From NCBI GenBank assembly GCA_963693365.1, contig CAVNZM010000004.1, forward strand, positions 6,512,564 through 6,576,563: DNA of 64,000 nucleotides, read 5' to 3'. Both the position numbers and the translations under genes were made by a program. The notes under the pieces are model-generated. The model worked only from the letters and a program-made list of their open reading frames with translations, was not told the origin of the DNA and searched no databases. The stretch is from Amoebidium appalachense (Eukaryota > Protista > Ichthyosporea). Shown in pieces: positions 51,921-64,000 of this stretch (the first letter of the stretch is position 1; every line of letters begins with the position of its first letter).

Positions 51921-52604
51921 TTTTATGAAGTTACAAACGATTTATGTGAGGTTTAACCGGATCCATGGCCTTGTTTGGATGTACGTATAGTACGTATATT
52001 TCTTTTTGGCCTTTTGTGTTGTGGCTTTTTGTGTTGCTTAACTTAAAAGAGTCTATCTTGGTTGCTTATTTCTTGCACAAGCATCACTATATAACGCAGC
52101 AGTTTTGTTTCGTATCGTGTTGGCGGACTTGGACTGAGCCAGTTGCCAGACAATTTGATCTATATACCACCGCGGATCTGGCATTGGAATTCTGATCTGC
52201 TTACTAGTGATTTTTGAACCAATGATACTTGAGGATTGCGCATGTTGTCAGGGTTACAAATGTACTGTTTCGGACTGAGCAGTAGTTGCCAACACTGTTT
52301 TTGTGTACATACTCTTCGCCGATGCTCAGACTTTCGTTTTTTTTTTTTTTTTTTTTTTAAGGTTCATAGTAAATATTACTTCACAAGGTATGCATTTTGA
52401 AGCCCGCCGGCCATGCCTTCGGAACGCTTACCGTCTCTACACAGTCTTGTGGTTTACAGCCCTGCTTTTCAAAATGAGATAGTCTAAACAAAAGACGTCA
52501 TTTTTTTAACCATTCTGCTGGCAAATTAATCAGATTTATTAGATTAAAGTTTTTATGCGACAGACTATTTGAGTAGATCTAGATCTAGAAGGGGGGGGGG
52601 GGGG

Positions 52605-52647
<43 letters not shown>

Positions 52648-52811
52648 ATGTGCATGTAGGTGAGCTGTGAGTGAGTTGTCGGCACCAAGGCCAACAGTAC
52701 TTCCATCCAACAGGATATACATGTAAAAAATCGAGGTTACACTTACAACATACAAATCATATGTGGAGATATATAACGTATCAGGCATACATCATATGTG
52801 TGCATATGTGG

Positions 52812-52848
<37 letters not shown>

Positions 52849-53869
52849 CAAGTACACCGGCCCTAGTCAGCATTCTGACAACGTATTACATTTTGGTCCA
52901 GACAATCCATACACTTTTGGAATAGTAGAAATTCGCCAGAGTTAAGTATGAAATCTTTTTTTCTTTTGACTGGATTTATTCGACGGAAAGATATGCAGGT
53001 ATGCAAGGCATACTGAGAAGACAAAAACTTCACGAGTTATCCAGTAACAAGTGCATACTGAGATACCTGAACACTGTGTGAAAATCATATAAATACTCAA
53101 TGTGACGACCAACAGAATTCAACAAAAAGTCTAAAGCGTTCACATTGCCAGCTAGTGTAGCAGACACCCGTAGGCAAAGAGGTAAAACGCGACATAAAAA
53201 CTCACACCTATCAACATGCTTGCGATTAAAAAGTTCAGCACAAAAGTGGCACCGGCGGCGATGAAAACAAGAATTACAGCGCCACTGCACAACTTCCCAG
53301 GCAATATCAACATCAGAGCACCATACAGACTTATCTACTAGGGTGGTATCCATACGTACAGCAGGAGAAATGTATCCTGCCGAAGCTCCCAAAAAGCGAT
53401 AATGATCAGTACGAAATCTAGAATTGTGTAATCATGTGACATCCGATTCAGGGCCTTGCGAATCCTGGGGTAGCGATGACGTCACGTATTGGGAGTATGC
53501 GGTTAACGTTAACATGAACTTAATTATTAATATCGTCATTGGTACTAAATTAATGTGTTCCCTCTTTCAGCATACTCAGAATGGTAGTTTAATTTTCATA
53601 ATAAATGCAAGATATTCTGGCAGGCGACTCGCAGGGCTCGATCGAGCTCCCGTCTGCGAAATTTCCGTCACTGTACATGTGCCGTATCATGACTACCGCG
53701 TGAGGGTCATGAGTACTCGATCAGCTGAGCGACGCCCCTCCTGCTCGTTGCCCAGTCAATGCGCCAATGCTGAATCCTAACAAGGGCAACATTTGCAATT
53801 GAGCAAGGATATTCTCTTCCAGTGGCCGTCTTTCCCAGACCTCTAATCATTAGTTTTTTATGTATAAAT

Positions 53870-53922
<53 letters not shown>

Positions 53923-54317
53923 GGGGGTGGGCGCGGTTGGGGTTGCTGTGTGACTAAATAATAAGCTCCAGCTATATATATATTAGCTACGGCGAAGGAA
54001 TTCGAATGGACCAGGTGCGGTCACGGGTGAGCGAAAGCCTCGAAAAGCTCTATAGCTAGAAAGAGCCTTCGGAAGAGAGATGCACGTGTGTGTGTGGTGT
54101 GTGAAATGGGGGGAGTGTTGGGGGGGGGCAGGGCAGCGAATAGCTAGATAGACAGCTTCTCTCGACGTCGGCCTGGCCCCAGGATCCGACCGATGCTACA
54201 AAAGTCGCCATTTCGCAGGATAATGTCGCACCTGACTGCTATCTTCTTTTTTTGATAATCACAAAACGAACACTTTTTAGAGAATTTTGACACATGCACT
54301 GATGACACATTCATCCT

Positions 54318-54507
54318 TGGCTGCCACAAGGAGTTTCATTATGGCTGCCACAAGGTAGAGATCTGAGATCTCATTTGTGGCATGTCCCTATCACACAAGT
54401 AGACAGTGGGAGCTGACGGTCTGCTGACCTGACCCATTTCCAATCACTAGATACCGAGATCTCAGATCCGACCGTGGCAGCCACAAAATTTTCCCTTATG
54501 GCAGCCA
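54318..54507. mobile_element. Palindromic MITE-like element
   Basis: TGGCTGCCACAAGG x2 + GATCTGAGATCTC on the left are mirrored by GAGATCTCAGATC + TGGCAGCCA x2 on the right. No clear target-site duplication. Confidence 0.5.
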
Positions 54508-54979
54508 CAAAGCGATTTGACGGTGTGTCAAATTTGACTAAAACGTGTTAACGGCCGCCGAAGGAAATCTAAAGAAATGCCGAATTGTGAAGGAGTCGTC
54601 GAGTACTTACTCGAGTAAGGAAATGTTGCATGTTTGGGATTCGGCAAGAAAAAACGAAACTTGATTGGAGCCGACAGCGTCCATATTGGGCACACACACT
54701 TGCGAGCAAAACCACAAAGTGTTCTGCTTTCTAGGTTCGAAAATTTACTTTCATGAATATAAGCTGTCGCGGTTGCACCAGGCGTACCAATCAAACTTCA
54801 GGATGACGGGGGAAAAAATTGGCCGAGAACGGTACCAAAACCGCCGTCACAGCGCGACAGAACCGTAAAAGAATAAAAAATAATAAGAGACATACTTGCA
54901 TTTTGGACATTCGCGCACACACGCACACAAGTGCACTGCGGCGGCAACATCCAAGAGCACCGCTTTACTCATTTTTTCT

Positions 54980-57212
54980 TTAATCGTCGAACATGCCGAA
55001 CATACCGCCCTCGCCCTCATCCTCCGACTCGGACTCCTCCTTCTTGGCGGGCTTCTCCTCCTTCTTGGCAGCCGGGGCGGCGGCAGCCGCGGGTGCGGCA
55101 GCAGCCGCAGGGGCAGCGGCGGCCAGGGCAGCCATGGCGGCCTCGGGGTCGGCAAGGAAAGCCTTGGCCTTCTCGGCAAGGGGGAAGGTGATGTCGGTGG
55201 CCAGGGCGACGGCCAGCACCGTTTTGTAACCGTTGGCAATCATGTGGGGCACCGAGATGACCGTGGGGTGGCCGATGGCCAGGGACACACAGGCAATGTT
55301 GGCGATACCCTCACGGAACTTGGCCATGAGGTCCTCCGTCTTGATGTCCAGCACGCTGGGCTCGTACAGGGCACCGTCGTCGAACACGTGGGAGATGACC
55401 AGACCGTAGGCGAAGGGGGAAATGTTCATCATGTTGAGCAGGGTGGCTTCGGAGGCACCGACCTTTTCGCCGGCCTTGATCAGGTGCACGTCCGAGACAA
55501 TTTCAATGGTACCGCGGGCAATCTTGGTCTGAATCGACAGGGCCTGGAAGAAAGAGGTCTTCTCGGGACCCATGCCGGTGTTGCCGGCAGGCACGATCAC
55601 ATCGACGGGGGCAACGGCGCCGGCACGGGCGGGGGCTTGCACCTGCATGACACAGTTACGTCAGATACCAGTGATGGAGAAAACATGCATACGAACATAT
55701 ACATCCTAAAATCCCCCCCCCCCCCCCCCGAAAACACTGCATGAATATTCTCAATTCACCCTAGAGCTGACAGGCAAAGTACAAAAATCACATCCGGTGA
55801 GCCCTGCAGCACATATGATATCGTATCCTGTTGAAACACAGTATCTCCTCCTGCACAGACGAAGAAAAACCCCTCCCCCCAGCGCCACACACAGACAAAA
55901 GACCACATCCCTCCTCCGCCTTCCCCCCCCCCCCCCCAAAAAAAAGAAACCCAACCACGCACCACCAGCAGCCACCCAGCCCCCCTCCTCTCCGTGCACA
56001 CCAGCCACCCTCAATACCAAAAACGAAAGAGAAAAAAAAAAAAAAACTACCCACCTTGTTGGACTGGATCTGGTCGCGGATCTCAGCCAGGTCAGCGTTG
56101 GTGAAGACCAGACCGACGTTGCCCTTGATGGCGGGCATCAGGCGGGCCAGCTCGGGCTTCTCGCCGAGGGCACCACGGATGGCCTTGCGCATGAGCGTGT
56201 TCTTGCCCATCAGCACCTCGGCCTTGCCGCGGAGCAGCTTGCGGATCTGCTGCATCTGGTTGGACCCGACATTGTCGGACTGAACGATAAACACCTGTAT
56301 GTGTGCGTGTGACAAGTCAGCATGTGGCAGAAGAATTGTGAACCATGAATGGCACTGTGCACGGTGAACACGAAAGAAGATGCGTTGCATAATTATCAAA
56401 AAAAATTGTACGTCAAGGTTGTGGAAGCCAGTGCCACACCAACCCTGCGGTAAACTCCAGGTATGAAAATTGAGCACTAAAAAAGGAGCCGGTACACACC
56501 ACCCCTAGATAAAAACGTGTTTGCTGTAATAGTGGCATTACATTGTGTAGCTAGCTTTCCGCGTATGCATATTAGAGCAAGTTTTGCCACGTTTCGTCAC
56601 GTTCGGTGCAAATGTGTGATTCCGTTAATTTGCTTGTGCATGCACATAGACCAACATGTATAGCAGTGCAACGACAGTGCAGACTCGTCGAACTGAGTGC
56701 ACGGGTAAACGATCCATACCGGTTACCCGTGTGTGTATGTGCGTGTGCGGGTCTGTGCCGGAATGGCAGCCAAAGAAAAAACGATAGTCTCCACACGTGC
56801 CCGGCTACCAGTGTGTGTGTGTGTGTGTGTGCGGGCGTGTGTACGTCTGTGCCGAGACGTGTGTGTGTGTGTGTGTGTGTGTGTGCGGGCGTGTGTACGT
56901 CTGTGCCGAGACAGCAGCCAAAAAAAACGATAAGTGTCCACACGTGCCGGCCGAAAAGTGTGGGTGGTTTCTCGTCACCTTATAACGGACACTATTGCAC
57001 GACCCCTGCCACACCACCATGCTGCTGGCCTTAGCACCGTATGCCCATACACTCACACAATCACACAAGCAGGTGAAAAGGGGTGTACGACCGCAGAGGC
57101 AGATAAAAAAGAGAAAATATGAGGCCACAACATACTGCCGTACCTTGGCATACTCGTCGAAGTAACCGAGCAGCTTCTTGAAGTACTGCGCCTTCCTTTC
57201 CGCCTTCGACAT
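54980..57212 (-). CDS. RPLP0: 60S acidic ribosomal protein P0 (uL10), 323 aa
   Basis: Exons 57212-57144, 56294-56055, 55642-54980, all phase 0. Motifs [35 protein letters not shown] and [15 protein letters not shown], then an Ala-rich hinge and acidic tail [21 protein letters not shown]-rich codon usage. Confidence 0.97.
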
Positions 57213-57758
57213 CTTAGTGGCGAGGGCTTAGCTCCTCAGGAGTTTAAGGGTTCTGCAGTGGAATAAGAAAAAAAATGTCAGGGATGGTCGACTGAGATTC
57301 ATTATGACACGTCCTTATGGTCCATGTCTTTAGGGCAAAAAAAGGGGGCTCACGAAGTGCAAAAGCTCGTATACGACGTCTTGTAATGTTTCCAAGCCGC
57401 TACCAGATTATGTCTCTTGTCTGAGAGCAAAGAATATAAGAATGATGTTCTTTGGCGTGTTGGCGTCCCTGCATGTGTTACCGATAGATAGGGGTGCAAG
57501 TGTGATCGTCTTGTTGAAACGATTTGCTCGTGTCCGCGTGCTTTATGAATCTCATTCTGAGCTGAACTTGAAGCAGCGTAGAAACCGAAATGAATAGTGA
57601 AGCCACTTGAAATTCAGATCCTTTAGCTAAACGAACATGAACGATGAGCTTGCGTGGATAGTAAGGACACTCACACAAAGGTTGGCAACAGCGAAAGAGG
57701 TCAGTTCCGTGCCGCTGAAGCGCTTTTGTCACACATGTGGCATGAGATACCTTCAAAA

Positions 57759-57808
57759 TGATTGGCTGAACTGAATCCGACTTAGTAAATTCCAAAATTG
57801 ATTGGTCG
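57759..57808 (-). promoter_or_regulatory. Paired CCAAT boxes upstream of RPLP0
   Basis: TGATTGG at ~57760 and ~57799 reads CCAATCA on the gene strand. Similar CCAAT pairs occur at 221-262 upstream of the RhoGAP gene and at 46388-46420 upstream of the GT49 gene. Confidence 0.4.
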
Positions 57809-59515
57809 ATGAGGATCGGACTGTGTATGTATCAGCCGCTGAGTCGAGACACGGAGACTGTTTTCATGATGCTACAGTTTATTGTATATACTTGGCTGCT
57901 TTCGGCAGTAAGAAAACATGATGATTTTGAAATGGAACAATCCCATAATCATTCAGGCGTCTGGTGAGTGGACAATCCGAGTGGACAATCATGCCTTAGC
58001 TTCATGTACCATCTCCGGTTCTGTACTTTTTTACAGGTTTACAGTTTTTACGAGCTGAATGTACGACTGGTGTTCACGCGCGGTAGGGCCAGGGGACAGC
58101 AATATGAATGGGTCTTTGGGTCTCCTTGGTTTTCCTTTTTTTCTTTATTCATTCAGCCGTTTCAAATTAATGCAACTCAGCAAAGGAGTCAAAATACAGA
58201 CGAGCGAGAAAACGTTCTGACCCGAATAATGCAGACAGAACGGCAGTTGGTACATACTCCAAGCACAGATACAGGAGACACTACTCGCCCACACTCTTCG
58301 CATGAAGCCCCGTTGAGCTACTCTCTCTTCTACTTCCCCGCCTTCCCTTTTCTTCCCCAGTCTGCCTTTGCCCTTCCCCCCCTCCCAAAAACAAAAACAC
58401 GCACACACTTGTACATCTGCTCCCCTGCATAGTTTTGCACGAACAATACCTCATCGTTACGCTGCACCACGTTAGTGTGTTTGTGTTTGTCTTTCTCTGT
58501 GCGTGTGGGTGTGTGCTCTTTGTTACCCTTGTCTTGTTAATTGCGTGCGTGCGTGTGTATGTGCGTGAGTGTGTGTGTGTTTGAGTGTCTACTTATGTGT
58601 GTTGTCCTGGTTCTTGGGACTCGGGCTTGAACCTCGGGAGTGTGTTCTCGGTGTGAAATGGTTGTAGTGGTGCATATCTCGGCACTCTGACGTAGTTAGG
58701 AAGGTCTCGAGTTGCCGAGAGCCGAGAGTGGGACCCAAGGTTCCAGAGAGTGGGGTTCTGAAAGGAAAGGTGTGTGTGTGTGGGGGAGGGGGGGGGGGGG
58801 GAGGGAGGAAGGGGAGACTCGAGGACGGCGTGGGAGGGATTTTTTTTAGATTGAAGATTACAGCCCACACTTCTGGCGTTGCCTTTCAGAGTGCCTTACA
58901 GCCGGGGGGGGGGGGGGGGGGGGAGGGGGGGATTCGCTAAAATTTATCTAGAACATCATTGCTGCTCGGCGTTCCCTCTCCCCCTGCCTACTTGAAGTAA
59001 CGGCTGTTATACTGCACTGTTATTTTCACCGTGCACATGGCCAAAGAGTTGTGTTTAGTGCACCCAAGGCCTCCTATAATAAAAGGTGTGCTATTTAGGA
59101 GGCTTTGCTGGCGCCCCCTCTCCCTACTCCCCAAGCCCCCCTGGGTGAGGATAAGCTGTGTTTATGATGAACCACAGCCTTTAGGTGTGCTTTGAAGTCT
59201 ACATTGTGTTGCGTTGCCTAAGTGTCTGCGTGTCTGCATCGCATGCTAAATCTTATCCGAGCTCTGGCTGTCTGGGTCCCGAGAACAGATGTTTCAAACA
59301 AACAGTCACTGGGCCGCTTCACGTGGGGGCTAGAATTTAGATAATGGGAAAAAGATAATTAGCGTTAAAAAATGTCCACTCCGATCGATCGCTTTAAATT
59401 TAATGCATTCCATCAGGGTCTAGAATCTGGATGCCCATCTTCCAGATGTCGCAATCTGGAAGAGGGGGGAGGGGGGTCTTCCAGGTGCTACCCTCAATTC
59501 CCAAGCTCCTAGGGT

Positions 59516-59720
59516 GTGACGTAATATTTGGCACGAAATTTATTTGGCACGAGCCTGCAAAACGGTGAAAATGGGGCAGGATGTCGCCCAGGCACCGACA
59601 GGAGCTTGGGGATACCCCTGGATGTGCTCCGCTAGCGGGCTGGTGCCAAATAAATTCGTGCCACATTTTACGTCACCAGGTTCGTGCCAAATTATTTGGT
59701 GCCAAATTTATTTGGGGCAT
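59516..59720. mobile_element. Foldback-type inverted repeat array (TTTGGCAC/GTGCCAAA units), likely a DNA transposon end or MITE
   Basis: GTGACGTAATATTTGGCACGAAATTTATTTGGCAC (59516-59550) is nearly the reverse complement of GTGCCAAATAAATTCGTGCCACATTTTACGTCAC (59643-59676). Further GTGCCAAA units continue to ~59720. Confidence 0.55.
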
Positions 59721-60957
59721 AAATGGGTCGGTTCGAACTATTATGGGTCGAATCAGCTCGAATCGTTCCTGACCCGTTTTCTGACCCGTTTTTGTGGCTC
59801 ATCGTTGGTGGCGTCTGATTCGAGGAATAAACTCGAAAGGCGGGCTAAGCAAGACCACGTCAACCACGTGCAGGTGGTGGCGTACTTGAACGGGCAGTCA
59901 CAGCCTGGACTGGCAGTTGACAGGTGTGACACAGCGCTAGCATCCTTATCATATTGCAGTAGGCTCATATAAAAATAATAAAAACAGACAACACCCTTTA
60001 ATGCTCGATCATAACTGACAGTACATATTTTGTGTGAGCATGGGTTACAAACATGCTCGCGTCCGCATTGGACGTGGGCAAGGCCATTGGGCTTTGCTGA
60101 GGATTCTCGTTCATGTTATCCTCGCCTTTTGTCTTTTGGCTGCAGCGGGTTCAACAAACAACCCAGATGGGGTGAACAAAAAAGTCATTAAGGAAAACAA
60201 ATCTTGGTCTAAAGATCATGCCAAGCTGGAACAGTCATTCGTTGCACGGTACATTGATTATTGCATAGCGGATCATGAGGACTCTGTCGAAGCTGGCACG
60301 TGCCCTCCCCAGCCCTTCCTCAGGGATTGGGTGTGGCATCAAACCCGTCATGGCGGCCGGATAGATGCATCTACAGCGGAGGGAGTCCATCAGGTGATCT
60401 CCCCCCCTTCCCCCCCCCCCCCCCCCTCCCCCCCCCTCTCTCCCCACCACCCCCTGCCTCTTTTCCACTTTTTCTCTCCCCTCCCCTGTCTCTCTGTTCT
60501 GGGCCTTACAGGTGGTTCCTCCGTTTTAGAAGTTGTTTTTTATGTAATACGTTAGGTGTGTCCTTTTGCATCTTGTGGATACCAATGCCTTCACCGCTCA
60601 GGCCTTCCCTTGCACTTAATCTTATGGACCTTTGTGCCTCTCCCATGATCTGTTTGGCATGGCATGCTGCCTTTTCTGCTTTGGCTTGCCTCTTATATGT
60701 TGCTATCACCCGATAGGGTATGTGTGGCAACGTGTTCCATATGTTTTGTGTGACCATTCTGTGCAGTGTACCCACTTAAAGCCCACTCCTCCGCTTTTCC
60801 CCCTTCCCTCCCTTCCCCTTTAAGCATACAATTAGTCAAGAGGCAGTACAGGATAGTGGGTAGAGAGTTTCTGTGTGTCACGGTGTATGCCTGTGGGTGT
60901 GTGCTTGTCTGTGTGTGTATGTGCCTGTGTGTGTGTAGTGAGTGTGTGTGTGTGTTG

Positions 60958-61006
<49 letters not shown>

Positions 61007-61425
61007 TTGTGTGTGTAATGTGGGTGGGTGGGTGGGTGGGTACAGAGAAGGGGAGAGGGGGGGGGGGGGGGGGGGGCGTGTATGTGTGTGCCTGTGTGTG
61101 TATGTTAAAGACAGGGGAGGGGGGGAAGGGGGAGAGGTCAGGGTAGGGAGAAAGGGAGGGAAGGATGGGTGGGTGGGAGGGTTGGAGGGAAGGAGGGAGG
61201 GGGAGAAAGGGTAGAGGGAGGGATGGCGGAAAAGACAGAAAGAGAGGGGCAAAGAGAGGAGGGCAGTCGGTAAAGAGGAAGGGCGGGAGGGTGGGACGGA
61301 GAGGGAGAAGGGGGAAGTGGAGAATTAGGCAGGGGGGGGGGGCCGAGAGCAAGAGGGGGGGTGGGGAGGGTGTGGGCGGTGTGTGTGTGTGTATGTGTGT
61401 GTGTATGTATGTTGTGTGTGTGTGT

Positions 61426-61456
<31 letters not shown>

Positions 61457-61548
61457 GGATGGGGGATTCGGTTGGGAGTGGGTTCTTTATAGACCTGGCA
61501 ACCATTGACCAGCTATTCTCTCACCCTGTCTTTGTGTTCACTCTGCAG

Positions 61549-62732
61549 CTTATGGCAATAATGGCAACCGTTCCTTGCCTGAGTGTGGTATGGAGGTTGG
61601 GTCTTTCGACAGTGATGGCTCTGACGATGACGATGAGGGGTCAAGTGACGAGAGCCCCGGTTCATTCAACGTGTCAACATGTGTGCGCCTAGCAGGCCGC
61701 AAGCTTAACGCCCGGCGTGCGATGCGCAAGCTGATTGGGTCTGTGCACAGCTCCGAAGGGTTTGCTTTAGCAGCACAGGACCCGGATCATCTGCTCTTCA
61801 CTCTAGTGTTCTTTGACGAGGCCGTGGCAGCAGACATACAGCTTGCCAGGTGCTTCCTGCCGAACCCCCCCCCCCCCCCCCCCCCCCCCTTCCCCTCCAA
61901 CGCCCCCCGCTCCTCCCTCTCGCCTCTCCCCCCCTTTCCCTGCAGGGCCTCCTCCCCTTTCCCCCATCCCCCTTTCCCCTCCCCCCCCCTCCCCCCCCCC
62001 CCCGCCCCCTTTTCTGCATCCCCCTCCCCCTCTCCTCCTTCCCACAATTCTTCCTCCCAACTGCTCCACCTCCTTACTTCCTTGCACGTATCAATCCATC
62101 TCTCCTTCCAACCCAAGTGACACCAGTTTTTTGTCAGACAACCTGCCTCCCCAGGCCCACTTATTATGCCTGTCCTGTTCCCCTCCCCCCCCCCCCCTCT
62201 CCCCCCTCAGGAGGGCCTCTGCCCATTCGTCCCTCCTTTTCAAGTCCTCCATTACCTCTTACCTCCCCTAATTCTCATTATTCTCTAATAGTATACCTAT
62301 ATCTTCCATCCTACCTTTTTGGAAGCTCCCTGCTTCTCTTCCACCTATTTGAAAGCATCTGCATCTACCCCCCCCCCCCCCCCCCCCCCCCGTTCATAGC
62401 CCCTCCTTCATCAGTACTCCCTTACACCTGCCCGGCCCCCTTCAGAGTGCCTAACCCCCTCCCCCCCACACACACACACCCCTCCCCTTTCACACACCTG
62501 CACACACGAACGCACCCATGCATGCACGCATGCACCCTCCCTCGCAGCCACGAGCGCACACACTCTTATTCACTTATAGAATTGTTAATAATCTAATGCC
62601 CCCCCCCCCCCCCCCAACCCCCCCCCCAACCCCAACCCACCCACACACGCACACACACACACACGCCAAGGTTTCCCTTGTTCTGCTCCTCGGCCTTTCC
62701 GCCTTCCCCATAATCTGTCTTTCTCTCTCCTT

Positions 62733-62763
<31 letters not shown>

Positions 62764-63682
62764 CCCCACCCCACTGTCACCCACCCCACCACCACTGCCC
62801 TACGTCACCCTCCCACTTCTTGTCTTTGCTTATTCTTCCTTGTGATGTGCAACACAGGGACATATCCGGGCCACCTGAGGTCCAGCAACAACGCCTTCTT
62901 CAAATTCTGGGTGCCTGGAGAATGGAGCTTATGGAAACACCCGCTGACGGCAACTGTTTGTTTCATTCGGTGTGGCATTATATCAATCAGTATCTACAAA
63001 GCGGTCATGTAGCTACCCGTGAACACCTCAACACATTGGGGTTTACAGCTAATATGGAGCCTATAGAGGCGATTGGACGGCTACGCGAACTAATGGTAAA
63101 CGAATGGCGGCGAAATCTAGCAGAATACCAAGGATTCCTTTCAAGGGTGACCCTCGCATACGTAGCTGATGATTTCCGCTGTCCTCGGCGCGCCCATTTT
63201 GCTTCTGCAGCCGGTGACGCGATGGTGCTGGGCTTAGCCAACGCACTCCGCATACCAATAACCATTTTTAGCACGATTGCCAATCACGGTGTAGTTGCGG
63301 TCACTCCACCCACCGTCATCGAACCCAACATTGCCATACCCGTATCACTTAACGGTGCAGCAGATCATTACTCAGTGGTAATACCTCGCTTGTCGCATGC
63401 GAACAAAATCTCGGACAACAACCAAACACAGACATCACACTCAGTTGACACGGAAAACTCGACGGAGTTGGCGTCTAACGCTAACACAACTGACACGTTC
63501 GGTGGGTTGCCCGCCAAGGGCTGCAGCTGTAATAGAAACAGTAAGGATAGAACACGTTTTTTTTGTGGTTTTAAGAACGGCGGGGGAAAAGTGCAGGCAT
63601 ACGATGGGCATGAGCGTTGCATATGCGCAAAGAACAAGCGGGCATGCACCCAGGCATGCAGGTGTGAGAATTGTGGCAACAG
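61549..63682 (+). CDS. Partial spliced gene with OTU-like cysteine protease and C-terminal Cys cluster (CXC-like), probably transposon-associated; appears to continue past a donor at 63683
   Basis: Exons 61549-61849 and 62858-63682 join in phase. Catalytic box TPADGNCLFHSV (Cys at 62955), LRELMVNEW, GDAMVLGLANALRIPI, His box ADHYSVV, and CSC..C..CIC..CTQACRCENC. A possible upstream exon is 60146-60393. Confidence 0.7.
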
Positions 63683-63847
63683 GTGAGCCGTATGATATGC
63701 ATTTGCTACTTTTCTTCTTTTGCATCCTCTATTTGCCCACACTTGGTACTTTATAATCGAAACCTTAACTTGGCCAAATCCAGGTATTTCTGCTTGTCCC
63801 TCTCTTTATTCCCCCCCCCCCCCCCCCCCCCCCCCTTTCCCCCTCTC

Positions 63848-63881
<34 letters not shown>

Positions 63882-64000
63882 AGGGGGAAAGAAAAGCCCC
63901 CTCTCCCAATCCCCTCCCCCTCCTGTATCCGTCGTTTCATGATGTCTAACCCCTCCTCCTCCCCCCCACCTTCCCCACTGCTCACCACCTGCACACCCGC

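Noticed and set aside
53030-53392. 120-aa Cys-containing ORF
   Set aside because: No recognisable family and no supportable exon chain.
56295-57143. Intronic snoRNA in RPLP0
   Set aside because: No properly spaced C/D or H/ACA boxes could be identified by eye. A covariance search would be needed.

Overview
Eukaryotic genomic DNA with GT-AG introns full of poly-C/poly-G, (CA)n and (CT)n tracts. Most entries in the ORF track are artefacts of these repeats. The gene content fits a unicellular opisthokont or holozoan, but that is inference only. Three phase-consistent spliced genes can be built by hand: (1) a 15-exon PH + RhoGAP + low-complexity + C-terminal CBM20 gene (+, 1202-22857); (2) a ~17-exon type II membrane GT49 (LARGE/B4GAT1-like) glycosyltransferase (-, 45941-30930); (3) 60S acidic ribosomal protein P0 (-, 57212-54980). 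Also present are a frameshifted Erf4/GOLGA7-like gene, a spliced OTU + Cys-cluster gene behind foldback-type inverted repeats at the right edge, and several MITE-like elements. The most interesting signal is a retroelement system inside the introns. A 5'-truncated Penelope-like element (PLE) has an RT thumb ending in a stop with no C-terminal endonuclease (Chlamys/Naiad-like), a ~2.1 kb 3' region, and ends in ...GCATTCAAA directly before poly-C. Its ~160-nt 3' module is shared with a different 449-bp non-coding family. Across the two families the module shows compensatory base changes and a putative pseudoknot, with no canonical hammerhead. About ten further decayed 3'-end fragments sit at C tracts, and the clear copies all lie in the sense orientation of the host gene.
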